Source: a virus
Direction: 5' to 3' (one strand)
Length of the DNA: 64,000 bases
IMG/VR virus record: IMGVR_UViG_3300026076_000001
Shown here one piece after another: positions 54,691 to 61,597 of this stretch. Within the stretch, counting starts at the first letter, position 1; each line of letters opens with the position of its first letter. The position numbers were made by a program, and so were the translations under genes. The notes under the pieces were generated by a model. It was not told the origin of the DNA and searched no databases. It was given only the letters and a program-made list of their open reading frames with translations.

Positions 54691-55203
54691 ATGTCAGTAT
54701 CACATCTATTTTCAATACCCATACTTGAAACTAAGGTTGATCTAGATCAGATCATCTTGGATGAGTGTGAGTATTATTATAATGGTGAAGTGAACTGGAC
54801 TTATGGTCATCAAGAATGTGGTACACCCACACTTGATTACTTGTATGATATTATTTCTCCATTTCTTATGGAGTATGATCCCTACACACATTTTAGTTTC
54901 ACTGACATATGGCGTAATAGATACGTAGCTACTGACTATCAGGGCTACCATATCCACGCTCAATCACAATGGTCATTCATAATATATGAGACTGTTGATA
55001 GTAAAACTGTGTTATATAATCCAGCGTGGCTATTAATTCAGAATCATATGGGTGTAAGTAAATCTATGCCCTGTATTCACAATGTTAAATTGAGTGCTGG
55101 TCATATGGTCGTGTTCCCTTCATTTGTTGCTCATCACGTGAACAATGGTAATGAAGGTACTACTATTTCAGGTAACATTAAACTACAGTACAATGGGATG
55201 TAA
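54691..55203 (+). CDS. 2OG-Fe(II) oxygenase (TIGR02466-like); start reassigned from 54598 to ATG 54691
   Basis: MSVSHLFSIPI, W.N.Y...YQGYHIH...WS and VVFPSFVAHHV. The ORF-track start runs through the promoter. Confidence 0.75.
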   Translation: MSVSHLFSIPILETKVDLDQIILDECEYYYNGEVNWTYGHQECGTPTLDYLYDIISPFLMEYDPYTHFSFTDIWRNRYVATDYQGYHIHAQSQWSFIIYETVDSKTVLYNPAWLLIQNHMGVSKSMPCIHNVKLSAGHMVVFPSFVAHHVNNGNEGTTISGNIKLQYNGM

Positions 55204-55381
55204 GAACTGCGACAATGTGTCACTAGAGGACTACGAGAATGCTATGTTTGCTCATATGATAACAGAGCGACGTGGTAAGTGGTACGTAAGGACTGATAGT
55301 GGTATAATAAAAGAGTTTAAATCACACACAGCAGCCAAGGAGTTTATCTTTATGGGAGGTGCACAAGATGGAAATGGATAA
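55193..55381 (+). CDS. Small CxxC protein (start reassigned to ATG 55193)
   Basis: MGCKNCD...MITERRGKWYVRTDSG. Confidence 0.55.
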   Translation: MGCKNCDNVSLEDYENAMFAHMITERRGKWYVRTDSGIIKEFKSHTAAKEFIFMGGAQDGNG

Positions 55382-56171
55382 ACAAATCAATCCAGAGATT
55401 ATGAAGCGTAGGGAGCAGAAGCAAGCTCTACGTGATTTTGCACCTGGTGAGGGTCAGTCTAGTAATACTTACCCTGAACGTAAAATCATAAAACATTATA
55501 CAGATGATGGTGTTGATACATTTATCCGTGAGTATCCACAACACGCACCTGATAAGTTCTGTGATATGTTGATGGACTATTCAAATAGTTTATTGAAAGC
55601 TAGTAAGGAGAATAAACCAACACCTGAATCAACTGGTGAAGGATTTCCTGTTGGTCAATTTGAACGTAAGGATTTCTATTACTTCTTAACTGAGGGTACA
55701 TCACCCAACGTACGCAATACATTATTTGCAGGTTGGTCTAAACTATCATCTGAACATTATATTGATGAGTTCACCCAACTAGGTCAGAATGATTTCTGGA
55801 TGTCACCTGGTAAAGTACAAATCACTAATCCTAGTGAGGGCTTCCACGGATGGCACTATGATAATGCTGGTTTCTTTGTTGGTATGCGTGAGTTTGTTAT
55901 CATTACATACTTAAATGATGTACCTGAGGGTGGTGAGACTGAGTTCTTGTATCAACAAGTAAGAATTAAACCAGAGAAGGGCAAGACAATTATATTTCCA
56001 GCAGCATACACACATATGCATCGTGGTAATCCACCAATCAAGGGAACAAAATATATTGCTACAACGTGGGCTAGTAGACTGCCACGTATTGATGCAGAGA
56101 CACAAGAACGCAATGAAATAGAATGTATTGCACCATCAGAACAGTTGGTACAATACTACAAACATCATTAA
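55359..56171 (+). CDS. 2OG-Fe(II) oxygenase (prolyl-4-hydroxylase-like)
   Basis: [40 protein letters not shown] and KYIATTW. Confidence 0.88.
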   Translation: MHKMEMDKQINPEIMKRREQKQALRDFAPGEGQSSNTYPERKIIKHYTDDGVDTFIREYPQHAPDKFCDMLMDYSNSLLKASKENKPTPESTGEGFPVGQFERKDFYYFLTEGTSPNVRNTLFAGWSKLSSEHYIDEFTQLGQNDFWMSPGKVQITNPSEGFHGWHYDNAGFFVGMREFVIITYLNDVPEGGETEFLYQQVRIKPEKGKTIIFPAAYTHMHRGNPPIKGTKYIATTWASRLPRIDAETQERNEIECIAPSEQLVQYYKHH

Positions 56172-56172
56172 A

Positions 56173-56246
56173 CGGGATTGACGAGGATCGAACTCGCAAC
56201 TTCCTCCGTGACAGGGAGGTGCTCTAACCAGTTGAACTACAACCCC
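56173..56246 (-). tRNA. trnD: tRNA-Asp (GTC), CCA not encoded
   Basis: Cloverleaf: acceptor GGGGTTG/CAATCCC, D arm GTTC/GAGC, anticodon arm CCTCC-CTGTCAC-GGAGG, T arm GCGAG-TTCGATC-CTCGT, discriminator G; 74 nt. Confidence 0.95.
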
Positions 56247-56249
56247 AAT

Positions 56250-56272
56250 AAAAAGAGGACAATCAGTCCTCT
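56250..56272 (-). terminator. Hairpin plus T-run immediately 5' of tRNA-Asp
   Basis: AGAGGAC-N5-GTCCTCT followed by TTTTT on the minus strand. Confidence 0.5.
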
Positions 56273-56478
56273 ATAAACTTCCTTGGATTAATCATACGTG
56301 ATACCAACTCTATTACTTGCTCTCGTATTTGTATCACATCATCATAACATTCTTGATTATGTGCACAAGAGCGTAATGCAGGGTCAGGTTTATGTAATGA
56401 CTCAAGTACTATTGCTTTAGCACGATCCCACTTCTCATATGATGTGGGTGACTCGTCTAAGGTTCGTTGATCTTTCAT
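56263..56478 (-). CDS. Conserved hypothetical protein
   Basis: [31 protein letters not shown]. Confidence 0.65.
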   Translation of the reverse strand: MKDQRTLDESPTSYEKWDRAKAIVLESLHKPDPALRSCAHNQECYDDVIQIREQVIELVSRMINPRKFIED

Positions 56479-56663
56479 CCTGTAAATGGTTCAGTTGATA
56501 GGTTGATTAAAATAGTTGTTAAGTCTGGATACTTAGAGTATGCTGATTTAACTGCGGTAGCAGGATCTACACAACTATGTACAAACTTAGTCCATTGTAA
56601 TTTATGGTCTATCTTAGCTAGTACATTAACTTCCCATTTCTTCTTCTTTGATGGCATTAACAC
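56475..56663 (-). CDS. Hypothetical protein
   Basis: 62 aa, chained start/stop overlaps. Confidence 0.5.
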   Translation of the reverse strand: MLMPSKKKKWEVNVLAKIDHKLQWTKFVHSCVDPATAVKSAYSKYPDLTTILINLSTEPFTG

Positions 56664-57058
56664 CCCTCCGAGGTATGTTCAAGAGGTTCAGGTAAATTAT
56701 CATTTACCCAAAAATCCTCCCAGTCTTCTTGACTACTTCCAACATCACGAACAGGATACTTGTAAGTATGTTGTTCTTGATGAACACGACCAATTAGATC
56801 ATCAACACGATGCAATTGTGTCTTATGGAAGTCTTGGAGTTCATAAAGTGCGTGCTTAACGTCCGAAATCACATCAGAAGCACCGCCAGCGAGATAATCT
56901 TCAATTACTTGACGTAATTGTTCATACCTCTGAGTCGCACCATCCGTCGTCAAGACGGTTGGCAGCTCTTGTAAGTTTGGCGTAGAGATCACCACATTTG
57001 ACTCCACTGTGTTTTTCTGTGGTGAATTGTTGGCTTGAGCTGAGGTGTTGTAAGGCAT
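56657..57058 (-). CDS. Hypothetical protein (start uncertain)
   Basis: RYEQLRQVIEDYL and SSQEDWEDFW. Confidence 0.55.
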   Translation of the reverse strand: MPYNTSAQANNSPQKNTVESNVVISTPNLQELPTVLTTDGATQRYEQLRQVIEDYLAGGASDVISDVKHALYELQDFHKTQLHRVDDLIGRVHQEQHTYKYPVRDVGSSQEDWEDFWVNDNLPEPLEHTSEGC

Positions 57059-57110
57059 CAGACAATACGGTTAGTTCGGATTTGTTAAGCAGCACTTTAA
57101 GAAGTCTCAT
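56922..57110 (-). CDS. Hypothetical protein
   Basis: VLLNKSELTVLSDALQHL; follows a TATAAT at 57138. Confidence 0.5.
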   Translation of the reverse strand: MRLLKVLLNKSELTVLSDALQHLSSSQQFTTEKHSGVKCGDLYAKLTRAANRLDDGWCDSEV

Positions 57111-57157
57111 TGAATTGTGTCAACCACTATAATAGTAATTATACAGTGGGTGGGGGC

Positions 57158-57400
57158 TTACGCAGCCCCTAGAACAGGATTTCCTAACTGTGGAATAGTA
57201 TTGAAATCAGTCACGTCCCAACCGTAGTTGACTCGCTCTTGAACTTCACTGTCCAACTCATTAGTATTGATGAACCTTTTGTTCACCGTCCGTCCATTAA
57301 GAGATAAAACCTCTAGCAAGTAACGGTATGATACTTCACCAAATGGTAAGCGTACAGGATAGTAATCTGCTTGCTGACCAGAAGAGTTACGAATTTGCAT
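57158..57400 (-). CDS. Conserved early hypothetical protein
   Basis: ADYYPV, NGRTVNKRFIN and EVQERVNYGWDVTDFN. Confidence 0.65.
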   Translation of the reverse strand: MQIRNSSGQQADYYPVRLPFGEVSYRYLLEVLSLNGRTVNKRFINTNELDSEVQERVNYGWDVTDFNTIPQLGNPVLGAA

Positions 57401-57428
57401 TGGGTTGAATTCCCTTGACTACTCTAGT

Positions 57429-57486
57429 AGTATAGCATTAAAAAACCCCCTGTAAAGGGGGGCTTGTGACAGTTTGTAATGTGGTT
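57429..57486 (-). promoter_or_regulatory. Early-type promoter: AACCAC-N8-CTGTCA, 32 nt with hairpin and T-run, TATACT
   Basis: Read directly. Confidence 0.75.
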
Positions 57487-58025
57487 CACCTGAGTGCTTT
57501 TCCGTGCGATCTGATGTATGATGCACATATATTATCACCTAGGCGAGGATCTGCGGGTTGCTTAGCTCTTGATTTGAGCCTCTTGTACTTCGTTTCTAGT
57601 CTAGGTTGTAGATAATCGTATACTTGTTGACCTTTAAGGTGCCACAACTCTACTATATCTCCGTGTTCATAGCGTGCATAGTAATGATCATCATATTTTA
57701 AGAGCTTTTCTTCTCTTAAATACTGATCTTGCTCCTCCCACGTATCCTTAACACTAATACCATTGTACGTAGCGTTGATGTTGTTACCTATTGTTGACTT
57801 GTATTCTACTGGTTCACCCTGATCATATGCGTCAGCACCACTATATGTGTCTGCTACATCGTGATCAAGTGCGATAGCCATATGTATTTCACGTGATCTA
57901 GCATAAGAGAATGGGTCACCCCACCCTTGATCTAGACACACATCATACAATCCCTTGAAGCATTCTTCATACTTCTTGCGTGCTTCTTCTGGTGTGTACT
58001 TAGTCATCTGTTTCAATGCCTTCAA
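57486..58025 (-). CDS. PvuII-like PD-(D/E)xK endonuclease (putative)
   Basis: GWGDPF, GADAYDQGEPVEYKS (D...ExK), YARYEHGDIVELWHL and YIRSHG, colinear with PvuII motifs recalled from memory. Confidence 0.65.
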   Translation of the reverse strand: MKALKQMTKYTPEEARKKYEECFKGLYDVCLDQGWGDPFSYARSREIHMAIALDHDVADTYSGADAYDQGEPVEYKSTIGNNINATYNGISVKDTWEEQDQYLREEKLLKYDDHYYARYEHGDIVELWHLKGQQVYDYLQPRLETKYKRLKSRAKQPADPRLGDNICASYIRSHGKALR

Positions 58026-58212
58026 GGTCGTGTATGTCTCTAGCAGGTACAGTGTGTAGTCCTCCTATGAGATAATAATGGTCTTTGATACCATTAACAG
58101 TCTCTTCACCTAGGTAAAAGAGTTCAGTTGGTGGGAAACTATGTTCCCTTAGCATTGCTTGTAGCTGGAGGTGTATCATTTCTCCGTGTGATGGTACAGT
58201 TAGGCCAGTCAT
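58000..58212 (-). CDS. Hypothetical protein
   Basis: EMIHLQLQAMLREH, HYYLIGG.H.VP..DI. Confidence 0.6.
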   Translation of the reverse strand: MTGLTVPSHGEMIHLQLQAMLREHSFPPTELFYLGEETVNGIKDHYYLIGGLHTVPARDIHDLEGIETDD

Positions 58213-58366
58213 TGCGATAAATTAGTACATTACATTGTGAGTATCCGTGCATCTTACCTGGATCAGGCCATTGACGCACGCATAGAGTAAAATAGGGGTC
58301 ACCTACAAATGTGATGAATCCTTCATCATCACCACACTTGACGTGATCCCCTACATTGAATTTCAT
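58139..58366 (-). CDS. Small SH3-like hypothetical protein
   Basis: FNVGDHV....EGFITFVG..YFTLCVRQW...CNVLIY. Confidence 0.6.
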   Translation of the reverse strand: MKFNVGDHVKCGDDEGFITFVGDPYFTLCVRQWPDPGKMHGYSQCNVLIYRNDWPNCTITRRNDTPPATSNAKGT

Positions 58367-58755
58367 TCAACTTCCTCGAAGTAAATTCCGTGGTATGCAT
58401 TGAATGCATCTAGTGAGAGATAGTCATCGTTGTGTATCTTGATACCACTCTCATCGCCAAGACACATAAACTCTTCAGCGAAATAGAAAGCATTGGTATC
58501 GTGACGCTCACAACAGTCTAAATACTCCTCGACTTGCTCATCACTCATCCCACACGTATCTATGCAGAATGAGAGATCGTCTAACAGTGAATTTAATGTG
58601 GATTCCATTTGTAGAGGGTGTAGATTAGGACAATTGTGCAAATTAAAATGCACGAAAAAGAGACAATAATAATGTTCATCTGATGTATAGGTATCCTCCT
58701 GCCCAGTCTGCTCTGTTGTAGCACTCCATACGTGACTTGATGATGCGTAGATCAT
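58363..58755 (-). CDS. Acidic hypothetical protein (true start probably MESTLNS at about 58611)
   Basis: DDLSFCIDTCGMSDEQ, FYFAEEF; the 5' part overlaps the next gene. Confidence 0.55.
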   Translation of the reverse strand: MIYASSSHVWSATTEQTGQEDTYTSDEHYYCLFFVHFNLHNCPNLHPLQMESTLNSLLDDLSFCIDTCGMSDEQVEEYLDCCERHDTNAFYFAEEFMCLGDESGIKIHNDDYLSLDAFNAYHGIYFEEVE

Positions 58756-59077
58756 ATCTCACAATGGATGCTGCTTTGTTCCAAGATGCTGGTTTGTATA
58801 CCTCACCAGTTTTCTTGTCAACAAATGCGTGAACTGATGAGTCACGACCATCTTCAACTTGAATGATCTTTAGATACTTACGTCCTTTAGCAATACGAAA
58901 TGTTAGAGGACGAGAGTAAGGACCATTATGATTTCTGTTGTAGTCTGCTTCAAGACACTCAATGAGTTTCTCAGTCCAGTTGTAGATCCTATCCTCAAGG
59001 TTCAATGATGTAACCTTGCCAGATACGAACTCATCAACTGTGATCTCTTGAGCAGCAGCTACAGATTCAAGACTCAT
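58676..59077 (-). CDS. Conserved early phage protein
   Basis: GRKYLKII...SSVHAFVDKKTGEVYKPASW...VRYDL and ADWAGGYLY; AGGAG SD. Confidence 0.75.
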   Translation of the reverse strand: MSLESVAAAQEITVDEFVSGKVTSLNLEDRIYNWTEKLIECLEADYNRNHNGPYSRPLTFRIAKGRKYLKIIQVEDGRDSSVHAFVDKKTGEVYKPASWNKAASIVRYDLRIIKSRMECYNRADWAGGYLYIR

Positions 59078-59104
59078 AAACTCTCCTTTGTTTGGTATGT
59101 ACCT

Positions 59105-59161
59105 ATTATAGTCCTTATCGGTACCGACTCAACCATTTGTGTGACAGTTATTGAACTGGAC
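59105..59161 (-). promoter_or_regulatory. Early-type promoter: GTCCAG-N8-CTGTCA, 31 nt, TATAAT
   Basis: Read directly; dyad lies in the oxygenase 3' end; spacer contains the TCGGTACCGA palindrome. Confidence 0.7.
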
Positions 59162-59755
59162 AGTATGTCCATCATCCACCTTGTCAGGCATAGCATTAAA
59201 TGCTAGAGTATAACGAATTGTTTCATTTTCGTTTTCAGTCACGAAGTGCTGCAAACTCGAAGGAAACACGACCATTTTACCACCTTGTGACTGAAATGGC
59301 ACAGTATCGTGTACATTTGTAATCTTAAGCACCTCTTCATTGTATGGGTTAGGCTTTATGAATACCATATTACCTGAGTTCCCTGTAAGGAACACAACAC
59401 CACTATACAATGACCAAGGATGACTGTGTGCTCTATTATAGTCACCCTTTTGATATCTGTTCATCCAAGCAGCATTTATTCTCACATTGCTACTGTAATT
59501 ACCTGGTATACTATTATTAATGGTGTCTAGCTGCTCTTCTGCCCACTTAGAGAATGGTACAAAATCAGAATATGATAGTATACCATCCTGTTTAGGAAAA
59601 TTGAGTACATTACAACTAGAAGAACCACCTGCATATGTCTCAGCAGTATCCCAGTCTACAGTGGTGCAGAGGGATAACAACTGAGCATATATGTCAGGTG
59701 GTACATCAAACTCAAATACAGGAGTTGGAAACAGGTTGTACCGTTCAAATTTCAT
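59129..59755 (-). CDS. 2OG-Fe(II) oxygenase (TIGR02466-like)
   Basis: LFPTPV, AWMN.Y..GDYN.AHSHP.SLYSGV and VFPSSLQHFV..NE....RYTLAFN. Confidence 0.88.
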   Translation of the reverse strand: MKFERYNLFPTPVFEFDVPPDIYAQLLSLCTTVDWDTAETYAGGSSSCNVLNFPKQDGILSYSDFVPFSKWAEEQLDTINNSIPGNYSSNVRINAAWMNRYQKGDYNRAHSHPWSLYSGVVFLTGNSGNMVFIKPNPYNEEVLKITNVHDTVPFQSQGGKMVVFPSSLQHFVTENENETIRYTLAFNAMPDKVDDGHTVQFNNCHTNG

Positions 59756-59955
59756 TGTAATACAGGTGCACAGGTTAGATCATACTTATCAACCATCCTC
59801 TTACAGTACATACAACCTAGTGCAGAGAATGAGAAGTTGAATACTCTCATAGCTCCATCACAATGAGGACAAATGACATACTTGCCTTGTCTTGGTGCTC
59901 TTGTGTATCGTGTGACTTTAGGGAATTGCATTGATACCTCATTAATGTATTTCAT
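59752..59955 (-). CDS. Zinc-ribbon protein (start probably MQFPKV)
   Basis: CPHC and CMYC pairs. Confidence 0.65.
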   Translation of the reverse strand: MKYINEVSMQFPKVTRYTRAPRQGKYVICPHCDGAMRVFNFSFSALGCMYCKRMVDKYDLTCAPVLQ

Positions 59956-60012
59956 TATAGCATTAAAAAACCCCCTGTGAAGGGGGTTGATGTGACACTT
60001 ATTGAACTGCTA
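59954..60012 (-). promoter_or_regulatory. Early-type promoter: TAGCAG-N8-GTGTCA, 33 nt with hairpin and T-run, TATAAT
   Basis: Read directly. Confidence 0.75.
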
Positions 60013-60301
60013 CTCGATCTGGAACTTTAAGTCCAGCGTTCTGTAGAATGTTCACAACAAATGCCTCAAGATAGATTAGAGGTAGTACCACGAAGTCAAA
60101 CCCACGTAATTTTGTGATGTCTGCTGGTGGTTTTAGTGCTGCTGGTGCAGGTGCCTCTACTTTAGGTGTCTCCGTCACTTTAGGTGCCTCTACTACTGAT
60201 GTAGTATTTAATACTGCTTTGGATACTGCTTTAGGTGCTGTAGCTTTCTTAGCAGTTGCAGTGGACTTGCGTGTACGGCGACGAGTTGAGGTTGTGGTCA
60301 A
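59999..60301 (-). CDS. Basic, low-complexity N-terminus protein with hydrophobic C-terminus
   Basis: TRRRTRKSTATAKKATAPKA, VEAPK repeats and FDFVVLPLIYLEAFVVNIL. Confidence 0.6.
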   Translation of the reverse strand: MTTTSTRRRTRKSTATAKKATAPKAVSKAVLNTTSVVEAPKVTETPKVEAPAPAALKPPADITKLRGFDFVVLPLIYLEAFVVNILQNAGLKVPDRVAVQ

Positions 60302-60326
60302 GTGTTGAACTTGCGAACGTGATACT

Positions 60327-60382
60327 ATTATAAGGGTAGTTTGTTCGGAATGGTGGAAATACGTGCACTTTGTAAACTGGCA
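60327..60382 (-). promoter_or_regulatory. Early-type promoter: TGCCAG-N8-GTGCAC, 30 nt, TATAAT
   Basis: Read directly; lies in the 3' end of the methyltransferase gene. Confidence 0.65.
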
Positions 60383-61275
60383 TAGTCCTCGTTCAACTCA
60401 CACCCTATGTACGAACGACCTAGATCCTTGGCTACCATTGCTGTTGTGCCACTTCCTAGAAATGGATCAAGTATGATGTCACCACGCTCTGAACCTGCTA
60501 GAATACAAGGACGGATCAACTCAGGTGGATACGTAGCGAAGTGAGCACCCTTATAAGGTTTCTTATTTACTGACCAGACAGAGCGTTTATTGCGTTTTGT
60601 ATATGATTTTGTAAGACCTGTATGCGGTTGGAGTCCTGTTCCTGGATTGTGGTACTTACCATTTGTTCTGTCTCTTGTTCCCCAGTCTTGCTTAACTGGT
60701 TCTTTAATTGCTTCGTTGTCATAGTGATAGTATTTACTCTTACTTAATAGAAATATGTACTCGTGTGACTTGGTACACCTATCCTTGACTGACTCAGGCA
60801 TAGGATTAGGTTTATGCCATATAATATCCTGACGTAGATACCATCCATCTGCACGCAATGCAAATGCTAACATCCAAGGGATACCAATAAGATCTTTATC
60901 TTTATATCCTACTAGCTTGTTAGATCTACGTGGTGTGGTCTTGGGTAAGTCTTGTCTACTCTCAGAGAATGTCTGCTTAGGTATGCAACCATCCTTTCTA
61001 TAGTTATAGTATGAATCACCTATGTTTAACCATAGTGTACCATCATCAGTCAGTACATCACGTACCTTTCTGAATACATCAACTAATTCTTCTACAAATT
61101 CTTCAGGTGACTGCTCTTGTCCAATCTGATTATCTTCACCACCATAATCTCTTAAGCCATAGTAAGGTGGTGAGGTGACACACATACGTGGTTTCTCAGC
61201 AATCCCAGTTGTAATTTGTGCTTTGAGTGTGCTGAGTGTCTTACGACAGTCACCAAATAATACTGTATCTCTCAA
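60328..61275 (-). CDS. Beta-class DNA methyltransferase (N4-cytosine likely; N6_N4_Mtase family)
   Basis: Motif IV TSPPY precedes motif I ILDPFLGSGTT; LWLNIGDSY, GIPWMLAFALR.DGW.LRQDIIWHKPNPMPES and HFATYP. Confidence 0.92.
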   Translation of the reverse strand: MRDTVLFGDCRKTLSTLKAQITTGIAEKPRMCVTSPPYYGLRDYGGEDNQIGQEQSPEEFVEELVDVFRKVRDVLTDDGTLWLNIGDSYYNYRKDGCIPKQTFSESRQDLPKTTPRRSNKLVGYKDKDLIGIPWMLAFALRADGWYLRQDIIWHKPNPMPESVKDRCTKSHEYIFLLSKSKYYHYDNEAIKEPVKQDWGTRDRTNGKYHNPGTGLQPHTGLTKSYTKRNKRSVWSVNKKPYKGAHFATYPPELIRPCILAGSERGDIILDPFLGSGTTAMVAKDLGRSYIGCELNEDYASLQSARISTIPNKLPL

Positions 61276-61562
61276 CGTTCAACATTACGGATCTTATCAA
61301 GTATACCACTTCCTAGATTCTTTTGCAACTCGTGAAACTGCTGTCTCTTGGTCATATCAGAGCAAGCATTGAATTTCTGTGCTGTCATCACCTCTGCAAA
61401 CATATGCCTATAGGTGTGTAACATTTCTTTAAGATACCCACGCTCATCCCTACTGAGCACCAGATCACGGTAGTCTGTTAGATCCATAGTTGACCCCTTA
61501 TGAAGAGATGAGTTTGAGTGTGCACCCATTGGCTTTTCCTGTAATTGTGATGATTCTAACAC
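61272..61562 (-). CDS. Hypothetical protein (start uncertain)
   Basis: 96-aa ORF whose stop overlaps the methyltransferase start. Confidence 0.55.
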   Translation of the reverse strand: MLESSQLQEKPMGAHSNSSLHKGSTMDLTDYRDLVLSRDERGYLKEMLHTYRHMFAEVMTAQKFNACSDMTKRQQFHELQKNLGSGILDKIRNVER

Positions 61563-61563
61563 A

Positions 61564-61571
61564 TATTTATA
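61564..61571 (-). promoter_or_regulatory. T4-type late promoter TATAAATA upstream of the methyltransferase operon
   Basis: Plus strand tatttata. Confidence 0.7.
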
Positions 61572-61597
61572 GGCAAAAACCTCTCCTTAAGGGTATC

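Noticed and set aside
57138-57195. Possible twelfth dyad promoter (TATAAT, GC hairpin, GAACAG)
   Set aside because: The right half lies 28 nt from the -10 box and the left half does not fit the N8 spacing, so it was not counted.
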